From Octopus vulgaris (taxonomy: Eukaryota), in contig OX597817.1 of assembly GCA_951406725.2 (NCBI GenBank), forward strand, positions 89,590,001 to 89,654,000: a stretch of DNA of 64,000 nt, in the 5' to 3' direction. Position numbers and translations under genes: made by a program. The notes below the pieces were generated by a model. It saw nothing but the letters and a program-made list of their open reading frames with translations. It was not told where the DNA came from and did no database searches. Shown here piece after piece: positions 42,506 to 55,736 of the stretch; position 1 is the stretch's first letter, and the number at the start of each line of letters is the position of its first letter.

Positions 42506-42729
42506 ATTGTTATCACTTTCATTCATGATCGTACGAGCGAAATTTCAACCGGTATTTTTAATCCGGCCTGAATGACACCATGTTGGTAACTAACAGGTAT
42601 TTCGCTTATTCATAACATAAGAAATATACTATTTACTGACTTAGTCTTTGAGTGTCAGCATAGTTGTTGAAGAAAATGTTTAAAAAGGCCACTTAAAGGG
42701 TACTCTACGTTTGCCATGCTGTAGATATG

Positions 42730-42736
<7 letters not shown>

Positions 42737-42765
<29 letters not shown>

Positions 42766-43230
42766 TGTATGTATGTATGTATGTATGTATGTATGCATGC
42801 ATGCATGTATGTATGCATGCATGTGTGTATGTATGTATGTATGCATTCATGCATGTGTGTATGTATGTATGTATATATGCATGCATGTGTGTATGTATGC
42901 ATGTATGTATGCATGTATGCATGTATGCATCATGCATGCATGTATGTATGCATGTGTGTATGTATGCATATATGTATGTATGCATGCATGTATGTATATA
43001 TGTATGAATGTATGTATGCATGTATGTATGTATGCATGCATGTATGTATGTATGTATGTATATATGTATGTATGTATGTATGTATGCATGTATGTATGTA
43101 TGTATGCATGTATGTATGTATGTATGTATGTATGTATGTATGCATGCATGTATGTATGTATGTATGTATGTATGTATGTATGTATATATGTATGTATGTA
43201 TGTATGTATGTACGTATGTAGGTATGTATG
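42737..43230. repeat. Long degenerate (TATG/CATG)n tract
   Basis: Direct reading. Confidence 0.95.
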
Positions 43231-43278
43231 TAGAGGAAACAATCCCTTACATAATATCGTCTTGATCCCCTCGTCTGA

Positions 43279-43427
43279 ATGTTCTGAGTTCAAATTCCGC
43301 CGAGGTCGACTTTGCCTTTCACCCTTTCAGGGTCGATAAATTGACTACCTGTTGCGTACTGGGGTCAATCTATTCGACTGCCCCCTCCCCCAAAAGTTCG
43401 GGTCTTGTGCTTAGAGTAGAAAAGAAA
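43279..43427 (+). mobile_element. SINE family A, 5'-truncated
   Basis: gttctgagttcaaattccgccgaggtcgactttgcctttcaccctttcagggtcgataaa...tagagtagaaaag. Confidence 0.85.
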
Positions 43428-43519
43428 AGAATATCCTCTTGATCCTTACTGCCGCTACACTAAAACATCCCAAGTAATTTTACACCACATCATATATTTT
43501 AGGTGTGAACAATGATCCC

Positions 43520-43556
<37 letters not shown>

Positions 43557-43602
43557 ATCTCTCTTCTTTCCTCTCTCTTCCTCGCTCTCTCTGTCTCCCC
43601 CC

Positions 43603-43635
<33 letters not shown>

Positions 43636-43862
43636 TCTTGATTTTGTCCTTTGTTTCTTTTTATCAATCCTCCCTCCTTCACCTTCAAAAATTGTTATCA
43701 ATGAAGTGTGCTATCGTCCTCTCTCTCCCCTCTCTCCCCTCTCTCCCTTCTCTCCCTTCTCTTCCCCTTCTCTTCCCCCTCTCTCCATTCTCTTCCCCCT
43801 CTCCCTTCTCTTCCCCCTCTCCCTTCTTCCCCCTCTCTAACTGTCTATCTATCTATCCATCC

Positions 43863-43917
<55 letters not shown>

Positions 43918-43934
43918 CATCCATCCATCAATCC

Positions 43935-44019
<85 letters not shown>

Positions 44020-44872
44020 CCCATCTTTACTTCTCTATATTTCTGGTTAGCCCCTCTGTAGTTTACTTTTTCTCACTCTCAGTCTTGTACAATTTCTCTC
44101 TCTCTCTCACACACACACCCACACCCACAGAGTCCCCACCGCTTTTTCAGACCCATTCAGTTTCCTGTCTCTCTCACACACGTACGCCTTTTCCTCCTCT
44201 TTTCTTTCCCTTTCGGTCCCACCACCCTTCCATCTTCACTCACCTTCTACCCTCTCACTCCCTCTCTCTCCCCGCCTCTCTCCCACTCATTCTGTTTCTT
44301 CTTTTGTTATCTTTCTCTCCCTCTCTCTCACACACAATTGCTTACAATACACACTCCATTCTTATCCCCCGGAAACTATCCCTTCCTTTATCGAACTCCT
44401 ACACATACAAACATCAAGGTGTTGATACAACTCCCGACATACAATCAACTGGCTGCTGCTGCTACTTCTACTAACTGACACTCACACGCACACATGTTCG
44501 CGTGCAAACACTCACACACAAACACTCATACACACACACGCATATATGCACCTGCAGAAAAGCACATATAAACACACATGCATGCTCAAAAGAAGAAACA
44601 CAGCAAACACATAGACACCCCCACACACACACACACACGCACACACACATATACACACATTCGCTGGTGCACATACATACACAAACGCACATATATACTT
44701 ATGTACAAACGCTCACGCACATGCACTAACACACATATGCACACACGCTCATGCTCATAAAAGTATATACAGTCATACACAGGCAAGCCTATATACCTAT
44801 ATACACAAACACACGTGTGCTTTAACCACATACATATTATATACACGGACATACACGCCCAATCACTTACAT

Positions 44873-44920
<48 letters not shown>

Positions 44921-44992
44921 GTATATGCTGGCCACCTGATAAGATCGGTATTTTAAATAACGGTCTTATCCTTATTTATATATGTATAAATA

Positions 44993-45049
<57 letters not shown>

Positions 45050-45416
45050 TGCGTGTATGTATGTACGTATATACATACACATGCACACGCATACTTGAAA
45101 GCATATACGCGCGCGCGCAAACACACACACAGTGTAGCTTGCTGACCAGTGTGACTGGTGTTCATGGGTTGAACGGTTCAGTGGTCAGCTGGTTAAACGC
45201 GTATTGATTGATTCATTGGTTGGTTGGAGAAATGGAGAAACTGGAGCGGATATTATGGTGAGCTCTTTGGTTAAACTAACAAACTGATTGGTTGGCTGGC
45301 TGGCTGGCTGGTTGGTCAGCGGGTGCGTGGGTGGATGGCTGGTTGGCTGGTTGGATGGTTGGACGGGGAATTGGCTGGGTGGCTTGTTCGATGGTTGGTA
45401 GATTGTTTATATGCAT

Positions 45417-45750
45417 AGGCGCAGGTGCAGGCATGGCTGTGTGGTAAGAAGTTTCCTATCCAGCCACATGGTTCTGAGTTCACTTCCACTGCGTGGCAGC
45501 TTGATCACATGTCATGTGCTATATACCTCTGAACCAAGCAATGCTTTGTGAATGAATTTGGTCGGAGGCAACTGTGCGGAAGCCCTCGCGCGCTTGTGTG
45601 TATCATTACCGCTTAGCAAACGGTACTGGTTTATTTACATTCCTATAACTTAGCGGTCCGATAAAATAAGGACAAAGCTTAAAACATAAGCACAGGGGTT
45701 TGGTCGATTTGTTCAGGCCGCAGTCAAATGACTGAAGCAAATAAAAGATT
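45417..45750 (+). mobile_element. SINE family B, diverged
   Basis: ggcatggctgtgtggtaagaag...cagtcaaatgactgaagcaa. Confidence 0.75.
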
Positions 45751-46670
45751 AAATATTATGGTAGGAACCTTCTGAACTTACATTAATAAATTGTTTCTAC
45801 GTCTACCAAGAGATAAAATCAAACACACACACACACATACACAGGCACACACACACACACGCACACGCACGCGCACGCGCGCACACACAGACACACACAC
45901 ACACGCACGCTCACACACACAGAAAGAAACACGTATGCATGTGTGTGTGTTCGTATGCACATGCATTTATAAATAGCCACAGGAATATATACTATATTTT
46001 ATTAATCTGCACTAGATAATCCTGATGGTTCAGTGAATGAACTTAATACGGACATCATGTGTGTGTGTGTGTGTATGTGTGTGTCTGTCTGTCTCTCTGT
46101 CTGCGTGTATGTATATAATTAACTAATTAATTATTTGTAGGATTCATTTGACTCAAGGTATTTTAATAAGGACACCAAGTGATGGTCGAGATTAGCATAT
46201 TCGTTCTATACTGTATACGAACACCCACGCATATTTTGTAAATGTATATGCGGACATGCCTCAACACTTACATATACATGCACACGAAGCAATCAATATT
46301 CACATCTATACAAATATACATGTGTATGAAATTATATATACATGGAGGCAGGTACGCAGCTTCACGATCCACTGTGAGTTCCAGATTCAACGCAGGGGAG
46401 GTTCTCGGTGTGCTGCTTTGCATAAACAACTCAAATGGGTCGAGTTTACTACAGCCGTTTCAGACACATTTTTTTTAATTAGATGATTACAGCATGAAAA
46501 AGAAAAGCATTTTCTTCATTTAAAAGCTTAAAATTAAAATTTAAAATTTGATTCAGAAAGAACATCAAGATATGGAATGTGTGTTGATCCTCCTTTATTT
46601 CGACAACAATAAAAACCGCTTCTGAAACAGGTGTAGTGAACCGTAACCCATTTGTGTTCTTCATATATAT

Positions 46671-47047
46671 ATTCTTTTACTTGTTTCAGTCATTTGACTG
46701 CGGCCATGCTGGATCACCGCCTTTAGTCGAGCAAATCGACCCCAGGACTTATTCTTGTAAGCCTAGTACTTATTCTATCGGTGTCTTTTGCCGAACCGCT
46801 AAGTTACGAGGGCGTAAACACGCCAGCATCGGTTGTCAAGCGATGTTGGGGGACAAACACAGACACACAAACATGCAGACACATATATATATATACATAT
46901 GCATATATACGACGGGCTTCTTTTAAGTTCCCGTCTACCAAATCCGCTCACAAGGCCTTGGTCGGCCTGAGGCTATAGTAGAAGTGGGACTGAACCCGGA
47001 ATCATGTGGTTGGTAAGCAAGCTACTTACCACGCAGCCACTCTTGCG

Positions 47048-47050
<3 letters not shown>
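46671..47050 (-). mobile_element. SINE family B copy
   Basis: Reverse-complement homology to 31211-31606. Confidence 0.9.
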
Positions 47051-47094
<44 letters not shown>

Positions 47095-47280
47095 ACTTAC
47101 GAGGTGAACCAAAGTGTAGGGACACCGCTATATGTATATATAAATCCCAAAAGATGGAATAATAACGCAACAGATGACAATAAGACATCCGGACAGATAG
47201 ACAATACAAAGACGGACAGAAAAAACAAGGACAAGTCATTTGCAGCCTCCTCTCATCAGTCAATTTCGGTCGGTTACACT

Positions 47281-47357
<77 letters not shown>

Positions 47358-47386
47358 CATACATACAGACAGACAGACACACAGAC

Positions 47387-47458
<72 letters not shown>

Positions 47459-48449
47459 CGAAAAGCGTGACCATCGCAAGTATGCGACTATGACAGAGTA
47501 GAATTTACTATGCTTTCGCTAATTGTTTTAGGTTCCCAAGTAGTCGTGTGCTTTCGATTCCCCGCTACCTTTTAACCCAGCGAAACATCGAACAAACAGG
47601 AACGCACTATGCCGCTCTATCCAAGAATCAATTGTACATGATCGTGAGCACAACACCCTAAACATTAGGCTCGCGTATAAGTGTGGGTAGTTACAAAGTC
47701 TCTGCATACAAAAAGGTATCTGTGTGCGTAACAAATTCATAAAAATGCTTTTTAAGACTTCAAAATATCCACACTAATTCTTGATCATCTTGAAAAACAT
47801 GAAGTCCACATTTTTTCTTTTCTTTTGATCTCCAGTGTGCCACAAAATTAAAACAACAAAAAAAATGTCTATTGAATTGAGAAAGGGTGATACCAATGAG
47901 CTTTGAAGAATTAGTAAGCCTGTAGGAAGAAAGGGGGGAGTAAACCATGTTTAATGAGTGGTCGGTCATCAACTCTTCGATCCTTATAAAAATATCAACT
48001 GGCTGACCTAGCAAATACAGCAGCCTTTAAATGTGTTACGACTGTCCTATCTCATGGTGATCTCTGCTGGAGAATTATTACCATCTATACTCTCTTAAGA
48101 AAGGTGGAACTACGCAGGATGTTGCAGTCGAAAATAACTCTTTAATATGGCGCGTTATTCCTGAGATCAGAATGTTAGCAAGAAAGTGGACTTCTCTCTG
48201 CTACAGGCATCTAAATAACAGGATATAACAAGTTCAGTGAATTAGGTTTATAATCCGACAGTCAATGGATCACTGTACATCTTGGGCAAATGTCTTATAC
48301 TGTAGCTTCGAATTGACTCCATGCACAGCTGGCGATTATTGGCAGCCAGCTTACTTAGTCACAAATAGGTTCTATAATGATTATTTGTGTACAGTTATTA
48401 GGCGAGTTTATTCATTTATATTCGAACAGCTCTCTGATTTCTACTACTG

Positions 48450-48900
48450 CTGACAAATTCCAGCAACGCGCCTGCATCAAATTTTACATAAAACTCGGCA
48501 ATTCTACTACAAAGATCCAAAATGCACTTCAAGATGTTGGTGTACAGTCTTAAAGTCAGTTTCCGAGTTTTCAGTTGGATGCACAATTTCAGTTGGATGC
48601 GTAATGTCAGTCGAGTGCGGTTAAATATGAGCATTCAGGACGATCAATAAGGAGCGAAACAATAGAAAACGCGGGAAAATAACCGTAAATTCATCTATAA
48701 GGATTGTTACGCAATAACCCATCGGCTTGCTCACGTGAGAAGAATTAGTTATATAGTCTGGTTATTTTATGGAAAATTGAACGTGAATCCGATTCTTGAC
48801 AGCCGAACAAAAGCAGTGATGTCTTGACAAGTGTCATGTTTTCTAAAATGACAATAAAGCTGAAAGGGTCGTTCCATCGACGGGTGATTAAATTAAAACG
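48450..48900 (+). pseudogene. Decayed mariner transposase N-terminal fragment
   Basis: FQQRACIKFYIKLGNSTT, SGR, ILTAEQK, and a TGD remnant near 48880. Confidence 0.6.
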
Positions 48901-49028
48901 GGATCGTAAACGTTATTGGATGGTTATCACGCGGGGAAACACCTGTGGTACTTTTTGAATTTTGGAAGACGAGCTGGAATTGCTGGGCACCTTCCTAATG
49001 AGATTATTTCAACAGTAGTGCCTAATAT

Positions 49029-49076
<48 letters not shown>

Positions 49077-49182
49077 AAACACACGCACACACACATATAC
49101 GCACACACACATATTTATACATACAGACATACACACACACGCACACAAACACAGAGGTATACACATAAATACATATACATGT

Positions 49183-49550
49183 ATTCTTTTACTTGTTTCA
49201 GTCATTTAACTACGGCCATGCTGGAGCACCACCTTTAGCCGAGCAAATCGCCCCCATGACTTGTTGTTTGTAAGCTTAGTACTTATTCTATAGGTCACTT
49301 TTGCTGAACCGCTAAGTTACAGGAACGTAAACACACCATCTTAGGTTGTCAAGCGATGTTGATAGGGGCAAACACACACATAAATACATATATGACGGGC
49401 TTCTTTCAGTTTCCGTCTACCAAGTCCAATCACAGGTCTTTGGTCGGCCCGAGGCTATATTAAAAGAGGTTATATTAGGTGCCACACAGTGGGACTGAAC
49501 CCGGAACCATGTAGTTGGTAAGCAAGCTACTTACAACACGGCCACTCCTG
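49183..49550 (-). mobile_element. SINE family B copy
   Basis: Reverse-complement homology to 31211-31606. Confidence 0.88.
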
Positions 49551-49781
49551 TATAAAGCACTTATATATAACTATATACATAAATTTATACAAATGTATCT
49601 ATATATGCATGTATATATATATATGTACGTATGCATATATATATGTGTGTGTATATATATACATATACACACATACACACATGTTTATGTGTGTGCTTAT
49701 GTATGGATGTATGTACGTGTCAATGTATGCATATATGTACGTACGTATGTATGCATATATGTACGTACGTATGTATGCATG

Positions 49782-49815
<34 letters not shown>

Positions 49816-49829
49816 TGTATGTATGTATG

Positions 49830-49863
<34 letters not shown>

Positions 49864-50099
49864 TTGTGTTTGTGTGTTTGTGTTTGACAACTCTGCGAGT
49901 TAAAAAAATAGTGGACAGTTACATCAAAATAATAAATTAGAAACAAGTAGAATAAGTAGTAGAATGTATCAAATACTGAGATCGCAATATTTGACTAAAA
50001 CCCTCGAAGCAGTGCCCTAGCTTGGCCGCTCTCGAGAGATCGTAACCAGGAAATGATAAAAATAAAGAATAAAAAATTTTAAAAGCCATTGACAGAGAG

Positions 50100-50340
50100 T
50101 AAACGTACGATAAAGCGACAGTAAATATACCATGAATAGTCAATAAACATAGCATAAACGGACAGTAAACCTAATATAAACAGACGCTAAACGTTCTATA
50201 AACAGCTTGTAAATACACCATATAAATTGGCAGTAAGTATACCTTAAACAGGCAATGAACGTCATGATCACGGACGTTGAACATGTCATGAACACAGACA
50301 TTGAGTATGCCATGTACATGCGCAATGAACATACGACAGA
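50100..50340. repeat. Degenerate ~11-bp-period minisatellite (TAAAC/TGAAC plus 6 variable nt)
   Basis: taaacgtacga taaagcgacag taaatatacca tgaatagtcaa taaacatagca taaacggacag taaacctaata taaacagacgc taaacgttcta...; resumes at 51121-51197. Confidence 0.7.
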
Positions 50341-50364
50341 TAGATAATCTTTTTTACTTTTATA

Positions 50365-50892
50365 TTTAACCTGTTTTAGTTATTGGACTGCGGCCACGCT
50401 GGGGCATCGCTTTGAAAGGTTCAGTCGAACAAATCGACCCCAGTATTCTTTTTTAATTTTGGTACTTATTCTATTGATATCGTTTTAGTGAAACGCTAAG
50501 TTATGGAGGCGTAAACAAATGAACACCGGCTGTTAAGCGGTGGTGGTGAACAAACACGAAGATATACAAATAGATATATACATGCACGCACGCACACACA
50601 CACACACACACACACATGTATCTCTCTTTTTCTTTATCTCTTTCTCTCCCTTCTCTCTCTCCCCCTCCCTTTGTGTGTATGTGTGTTTGCGTGTGTGCAC
50701 ATGTGTTTTTGTATGTGTGTGCAGGGACGGACCCAAGAGAGGGGGGTCTGAGGGTCACGTGACCCCCTCAAGAAAAGAAGTACGCCCTTCTAAATAATGT
50801 TATTGCGCCCTTTTCTCCTGAAATTATATTCCCTTCTGACCTTGTGACTCCCTTCGAAAAATTCTTGGGACCGCACCTGGTATGTGTGTGTG

Positions 50893-50946
<54 letters not shown>

Positions 50947-51118
50947 CGCACACACACACACACACACACACATACACACACACACATACACACACACACA
51001 CAAACATGCAAACACACACTTATATAAACAACAGACTCCTTTCAGTTTCCGTCACACGAATTGGGTCGGCCCGGGGCGATAGTAGGAGACACTTACCCAA
51101 AGTGCCATGCAGTGAGGC
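50365..51118 (-). mobile_element. SINE family B with an expanded internal microsatellite hosting a MITE
   Basis: 3' half at 50365-50560, 5' half at 51030-51118. Confidence 0.75.
50722..50879. mobile_element. Short MITE
   Basis: TIRs cagggacggacccaaga / tcttgggaccgcacctg; gtatgtgtgtg on both sides. Confidence 0.7.
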
Positions 51119-51737
51119 CGATGAACAGACAATATATATTATATGAACAGATAGTAAACATAGGATAAACAAGCCTGTAACAAGCAATGAACAAACTAAG
51201 GGAAGAAACCCATTATTAGTGAGTGGATTGTATTGATGCGATCTGGTAAATAGAGCAGAGTTATAATGTAACTATGGCAACGAATAAGGGATGGGTGGGT
51301 GGTATTAACTAGGTGGATGAAGGGAGGACGGATTAAAGGGAGGAATGAAGGGAGAAGAAAGGAAGGAGGAACAATGAAGAGAAAAGAGAAAGATGGGGTA
51401 AAATAAAGGGAGAACATGTGAGATGGGTGGAAGGAAATGAGGCAGAGGGAATGGTGGGAGGCAGGAGGAAAGCAACAAGTGAAGGGGAGGCGGTGGTGCA
51501 CAGACTTCAATCGTTCTGACAGTATTATCGATTGTGTCTAGTTTGTGCTTGTGCGTGCGTGTGTGCGTGTGTATGCGTGTGCATGTATATGTATGTGTAA
51601 GTGCGTGTGTGTGTATATGTGTGCGTATGTGTGTGTGTGTGTGTGTGTGTGTCTGAATGGGGTATAGTAAGCATGTATGCGTATGGTTTGCGTGGTATGT
51701 GTACGTGTGGAGTAGGATGCGAACATGTGCGCGTGTA

Positions 51738-51802
<65 letters not shown>

Positions 51803-52463
51803 ACGTGCGTGCGTGCACGTATGTGTGTAATGTAGATTGTGTGTCTAGGTATATAATACGATGGCTGCTGTGTGGATGTATAAATTCATTTTCTGTTTCT
51901 GCATGTGTTTGAGTGTGTGCATGTATGCTTGTGTATGCGTGTGTATTGTTGAGGGGTGGGGGGGACGTGCATGATTGCACGTGCATGTGTGTGTATATAA
52001 GTAGGTGCTGTAGTGGCTGCTATGTGTGTATGTGTGTGCGTACGTAGGGATAATAATGCTTGTTATCAATCTGCGGAGTGCATGCGTGTCTGTATGTGGG
52101 TATATGATCGCGCATGCGCGTACGTAAGTGTGTGTGTGTGTGTTTGTCTACATGCGTATGTATGTGAATATATTTTTCGTATATGCATGTATTTATATGT
52201 GCATTTTTGGAATGTGGTAAAAGTAGAGCGTGGCACGTGCGCGTGTGTATATATGTTCTTTTATTCTTTTACTTGTTTCAGTCATTTTACTACGGCCATG
52301 CTGGAGTACCGCCTTGAAGGGTTTTAGTCGAAGAAATCGACCCCAGGACTTGTTCTTTGTAAGTCTGGTACTTATTCTATAGGTCTCTTTTACCGAGTCG
52401 CTAAGTTACGGATATTAACAGAGCAACATCGGTTGTCAGGCAATGGTGAGGTGACAAACACAC

Positions 52464-52505
<42 letters not shown>

Positions 52506-52508
<3 letters not shown>

Positions 52509-52845
52509 AACTGGGACAAGAACGCAAAACATTTAGAAGACGATACAAAAAACACGGACGGGACATTCGAAGCCTTCAATCTTCAGTCAAGAACCGGATC
52601 ATCCTCGCAATTTCGGCTGATTAATCATGAGATTGCTCCAATCTGGCCAACCCCAAGGAAAACCTGAGCTAAGCGCATTGGATTCCTTGGAAGAAAGCTT
52701 CGAATGTATACAAAACAAGGACGGAAAAACGGACGATGTTACACGAATATGGATACAAAAATAATACGTAAAAACGCATTTTTGTATTATCTTTGTATTC
52801 ATATTCGTGTAACATCGTCCGTTATTCCATCATTGTCCCAGTTTG

Positions 52846-52848
<3 letters not shown>
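52506..52848. mobile_element. (TA)n-flanked fold-back repeat (probable PLE terminal repeat)
   Basis: Ends acaaactgggacaa / ttgtcccagtttgt; internal hairpin ggacgatgttacacgaatatg..catattcgtgtaacatcgtcc. Confidence 0.75.
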
Positions 52849-52892
<44 letters not shown>

Positions 52893-52931
52893 CGGCGTAC
52901 GTGCCCTTTCTCTTATATGTAAGTACACATT

Positions 52932-52963
<32 letters not shown>

Positions 52964-52966
52964 ATT

Positions 52967-53630
52967 CAAAATGGGACAAGGACGCAAAACATCCAGATAG
53001 ACGATACAAAGAAAACAAGAACGGGTCTTTCGGAGTTTTCTTTCCTCTGTCGAGTTCCAGATTATCTTTGCAATTCCAGCTGGTTATACTCGAGATTGCT
53101 CCAATCTGTCCAGCCAAGGAAAAACTAAGCTAAGAGCATTAGATTCCTTGGAAGAAAGCAACGAATGTATACGAAAAGAAGGACAGGAAAAAAATATGGA
53201 GAATATTACACAAATACAAATAACAGGACATAACAACAGATGTCTTTCAACTAAGAACGAATTAAATTAAGCTGGTGCGTGTGGAAATAAAGCTTTACGG
53301 CAGGAATACAAGATTTCACAGGCACAGGGAGGAATATAGATGTTACACGGATGGTAGTCGAACCTAGAAAGAAAGGTCAGGCTTGGCCAAGCACCGGTCA
53401 TGTGGGGAGAGAAGAGAAAGAGGTAGAGGCTGAGGGGCAGAAGAAATAAGGAAGGGCGAGAAAAATGACAGGGACACAGTAAAGTGAAAAGAGGAGGGAA
53501 AGTGAGAATGAAGAGAAGGCAAGGAAATGTGAGAGAGGGGAACGAAAGAACGAAGAGTGGAATGAACGAAGTAAGCCTGAAAGGGCTGATAGAATGAAAG
53601 AAAGAATAAAAGAAAGAATAGAGTCGTACA
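52967..53630. mobile_element. Longer copy of the 24925 repeat family
   Basis: First ~250 bp near-identical to 24925-25178, followed by a purine-rich extension. Confidence 0.75.
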
Positions 53631-53805
53631 AGATTTAGATAAATATATACTTACATTATATATATGCATACGACGAGCTTGTTTCAGTTTCCGTCCACCA
53701 AATACACTAACAAGGCTTTGGTCGGCCCGAGGCTATAGTAGAAGACACTAGCCTAAGGTGCCACGCAGTGGGACTGAACCCGAACCACGGGGTTGGGAAG
53801 AAAGC

Positions 53806-54210
53806 TTCTTATTTCTTTATTGCCCACAAGGGGCTAGGGGACAAACAAGGACAGACAAATGGATTAAGTCGATTACATCGACCCCAGTGCGTAACTGGTA
53901 CTTAATTTATCGACCCCGAAAGGATGAAAGGCAAAGTCGACCTCAGCGGAATTTGAAGTCAGAATGTAAAAGCAGACGAAATACCTATTTCTTTATTACC
54001 CACAAGGGGCTAAACTCAGAGAGGACAAACAAGGACAGACAAACGGATCAAGTCGAGTACATCGACCGCAGTGCGTAACTGGTACTTATTTAATCGACCC
54101 CGGAAGGATAAAAGGCAAAGTCGACCTCGGCGGAATTTGAACGTAGCGGCAGACGGAATATCGCTAAGCATTTTGCCCTGCGTGGTAATGATTCTGCCAG
54201 CTCGCCGCCT
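53806..54210 (-). mobile_element. SINE family A with a tandemly duplicated body/tail (~178-bp period)
   Basis: One head (aggcggcgagctggcagaatc), then two copies of core plus ccccttgtggg.aataaagaaata. Confidence 0.85.
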
Positions 54211-54865
54211 TTGTGTTTTTTCCTTTCGTACAAACTGTCAAATTTAACCCAAACACCTTGTAATTTTATCTTAGTTTGTGTATATTTTAAGTAGTTATCA
54301 GTTAATATTCTTTCTACAAACACAAATTGAATAACCACTGGTGAGGCATTAATAAACAGAGGCTAGACAGAAAAATATTTTTATCTGACCACAGAGAGAA
54401 ATGCATTTGATTAAAAAATGTATCAACATTTTACGGCGAGTCTACATGTCTGTTCATTCATAGTACACACCGTTAGTTTATTTACAGTGGTATTTATACT
54501 AATACCGAGTTAGTATTTATACTAATACTGAGTTGTGCTTATATGTGGATAAGTGTGACAATTGCATTGTGGAAAAGACATTTTAGCTATTTAAAAACAC
54601 ATGAAATTAGATTTACAGTTTTTGATATTTTTAGTTGTTCTGTTTATCATGATGCAGTCAAACAATTTCGTTGAAAGTCTGCGATTTGGTCAAACACACA
54701 CAACTCCACCCCAACTCCACTCTCTCTCTCTCTCTCTCTCACTTACATGCACATACACTCATGTATGCATGTGTGTGTGTGAGTGTGAAAAAATAAAATA
54801 CACAGGCAGGTGAGGGAACAATAGGCAAGGTGTTTTAGTTTGACGGTGGGGAAAAATGGAGACGT

Positions 54866-54901
54866 CTTTGACGTTTTGATCCTATGCTCTTCAGCAGAAA
54901 G
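54866..54901 (-). ncRNA. Minimal HHR-like motif, same family as 4639-4674
   Basis: cttt-CTGCTGA-a-gagc-atag-gatc-aaaac-GTC-aaag. Confidence 0.45.
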
Positions 54902-55166
54902 GAAAGGGGAATAAATGGAGGGAGAGAGAAAAAAAAATGGAGGGAAGATGCATCTACTAATTCTAGGTTGCTAAATCCAGAATATAAAATATAGAAGATT
55001 ATAGGGGTGATTTTAATATTGCTTCATGGAAAAGCGTTGGGCAGGCAGAATCGTTAAAACACCGGGCAAAATGCGTATGTATGTATGTATGTATGTATGT
55101 ATGTATGTATGCATGCATGTATGCATGCATGTATGTATGTATGTATGTATGTATGTATCTATATGC

Positions 55167-55319
<153 letters not shown>

Positions 55320-55736
55320 CATACATATATAAATTTCACATGGGCGACTCTTTCTTGTCTTGGGATTCACGATCAAACAGCTGGGTGGAATTGTGCGAAA
55401 AAGTACCCACATGTGTAGAATGATTCGGTGGTGTTGCTGGGTTTTGTATTTTTTCATAGCTCCCATGGTTACCGAGACAATCTACTATAATAAACTCTTG
55501 TGTTTATGAATAAGAAAGGAAGGGGTGATAGATGAATAAGGAAGGAAGGGGTGATGTCATACTTGGTAGTGGGATGATGAAAATTGTAGGCTGAAAAAAA
55601 TTAATCAAACAGCGTGTCAACTCTGTGTGAATATATGTTTGTGTATGTAAAAGTGGGGGTATGTGAATGTGTATGTGTGTTTGCGTGCACGCAATGGAAG
55701 TGGGATGGTTCGTCTTCGTTCGCTCAGCATTTGGGT

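Larger units (their letters stand above)
52262..53806 (-). mobile_element. SINE family B split by two insertions in its internal (TA)n
   Basis: 3' half at 52262-52465, 5' half at 53670-53806. Confidence 0.75.

Noticed and set aside
47760-47925. Possible host exon on the minus strand after ctttcttcctacag
   Set aside because: The acceptor-like site is followed by an unrecognisable peptide that ends in a stop; no supporting exons
50100-50340. CRISPR-like repeat-spacer array
   Set aside because: The repeat is only 4-5 nt and the spacers ~6 nt; eukaryotic context with no cas genes
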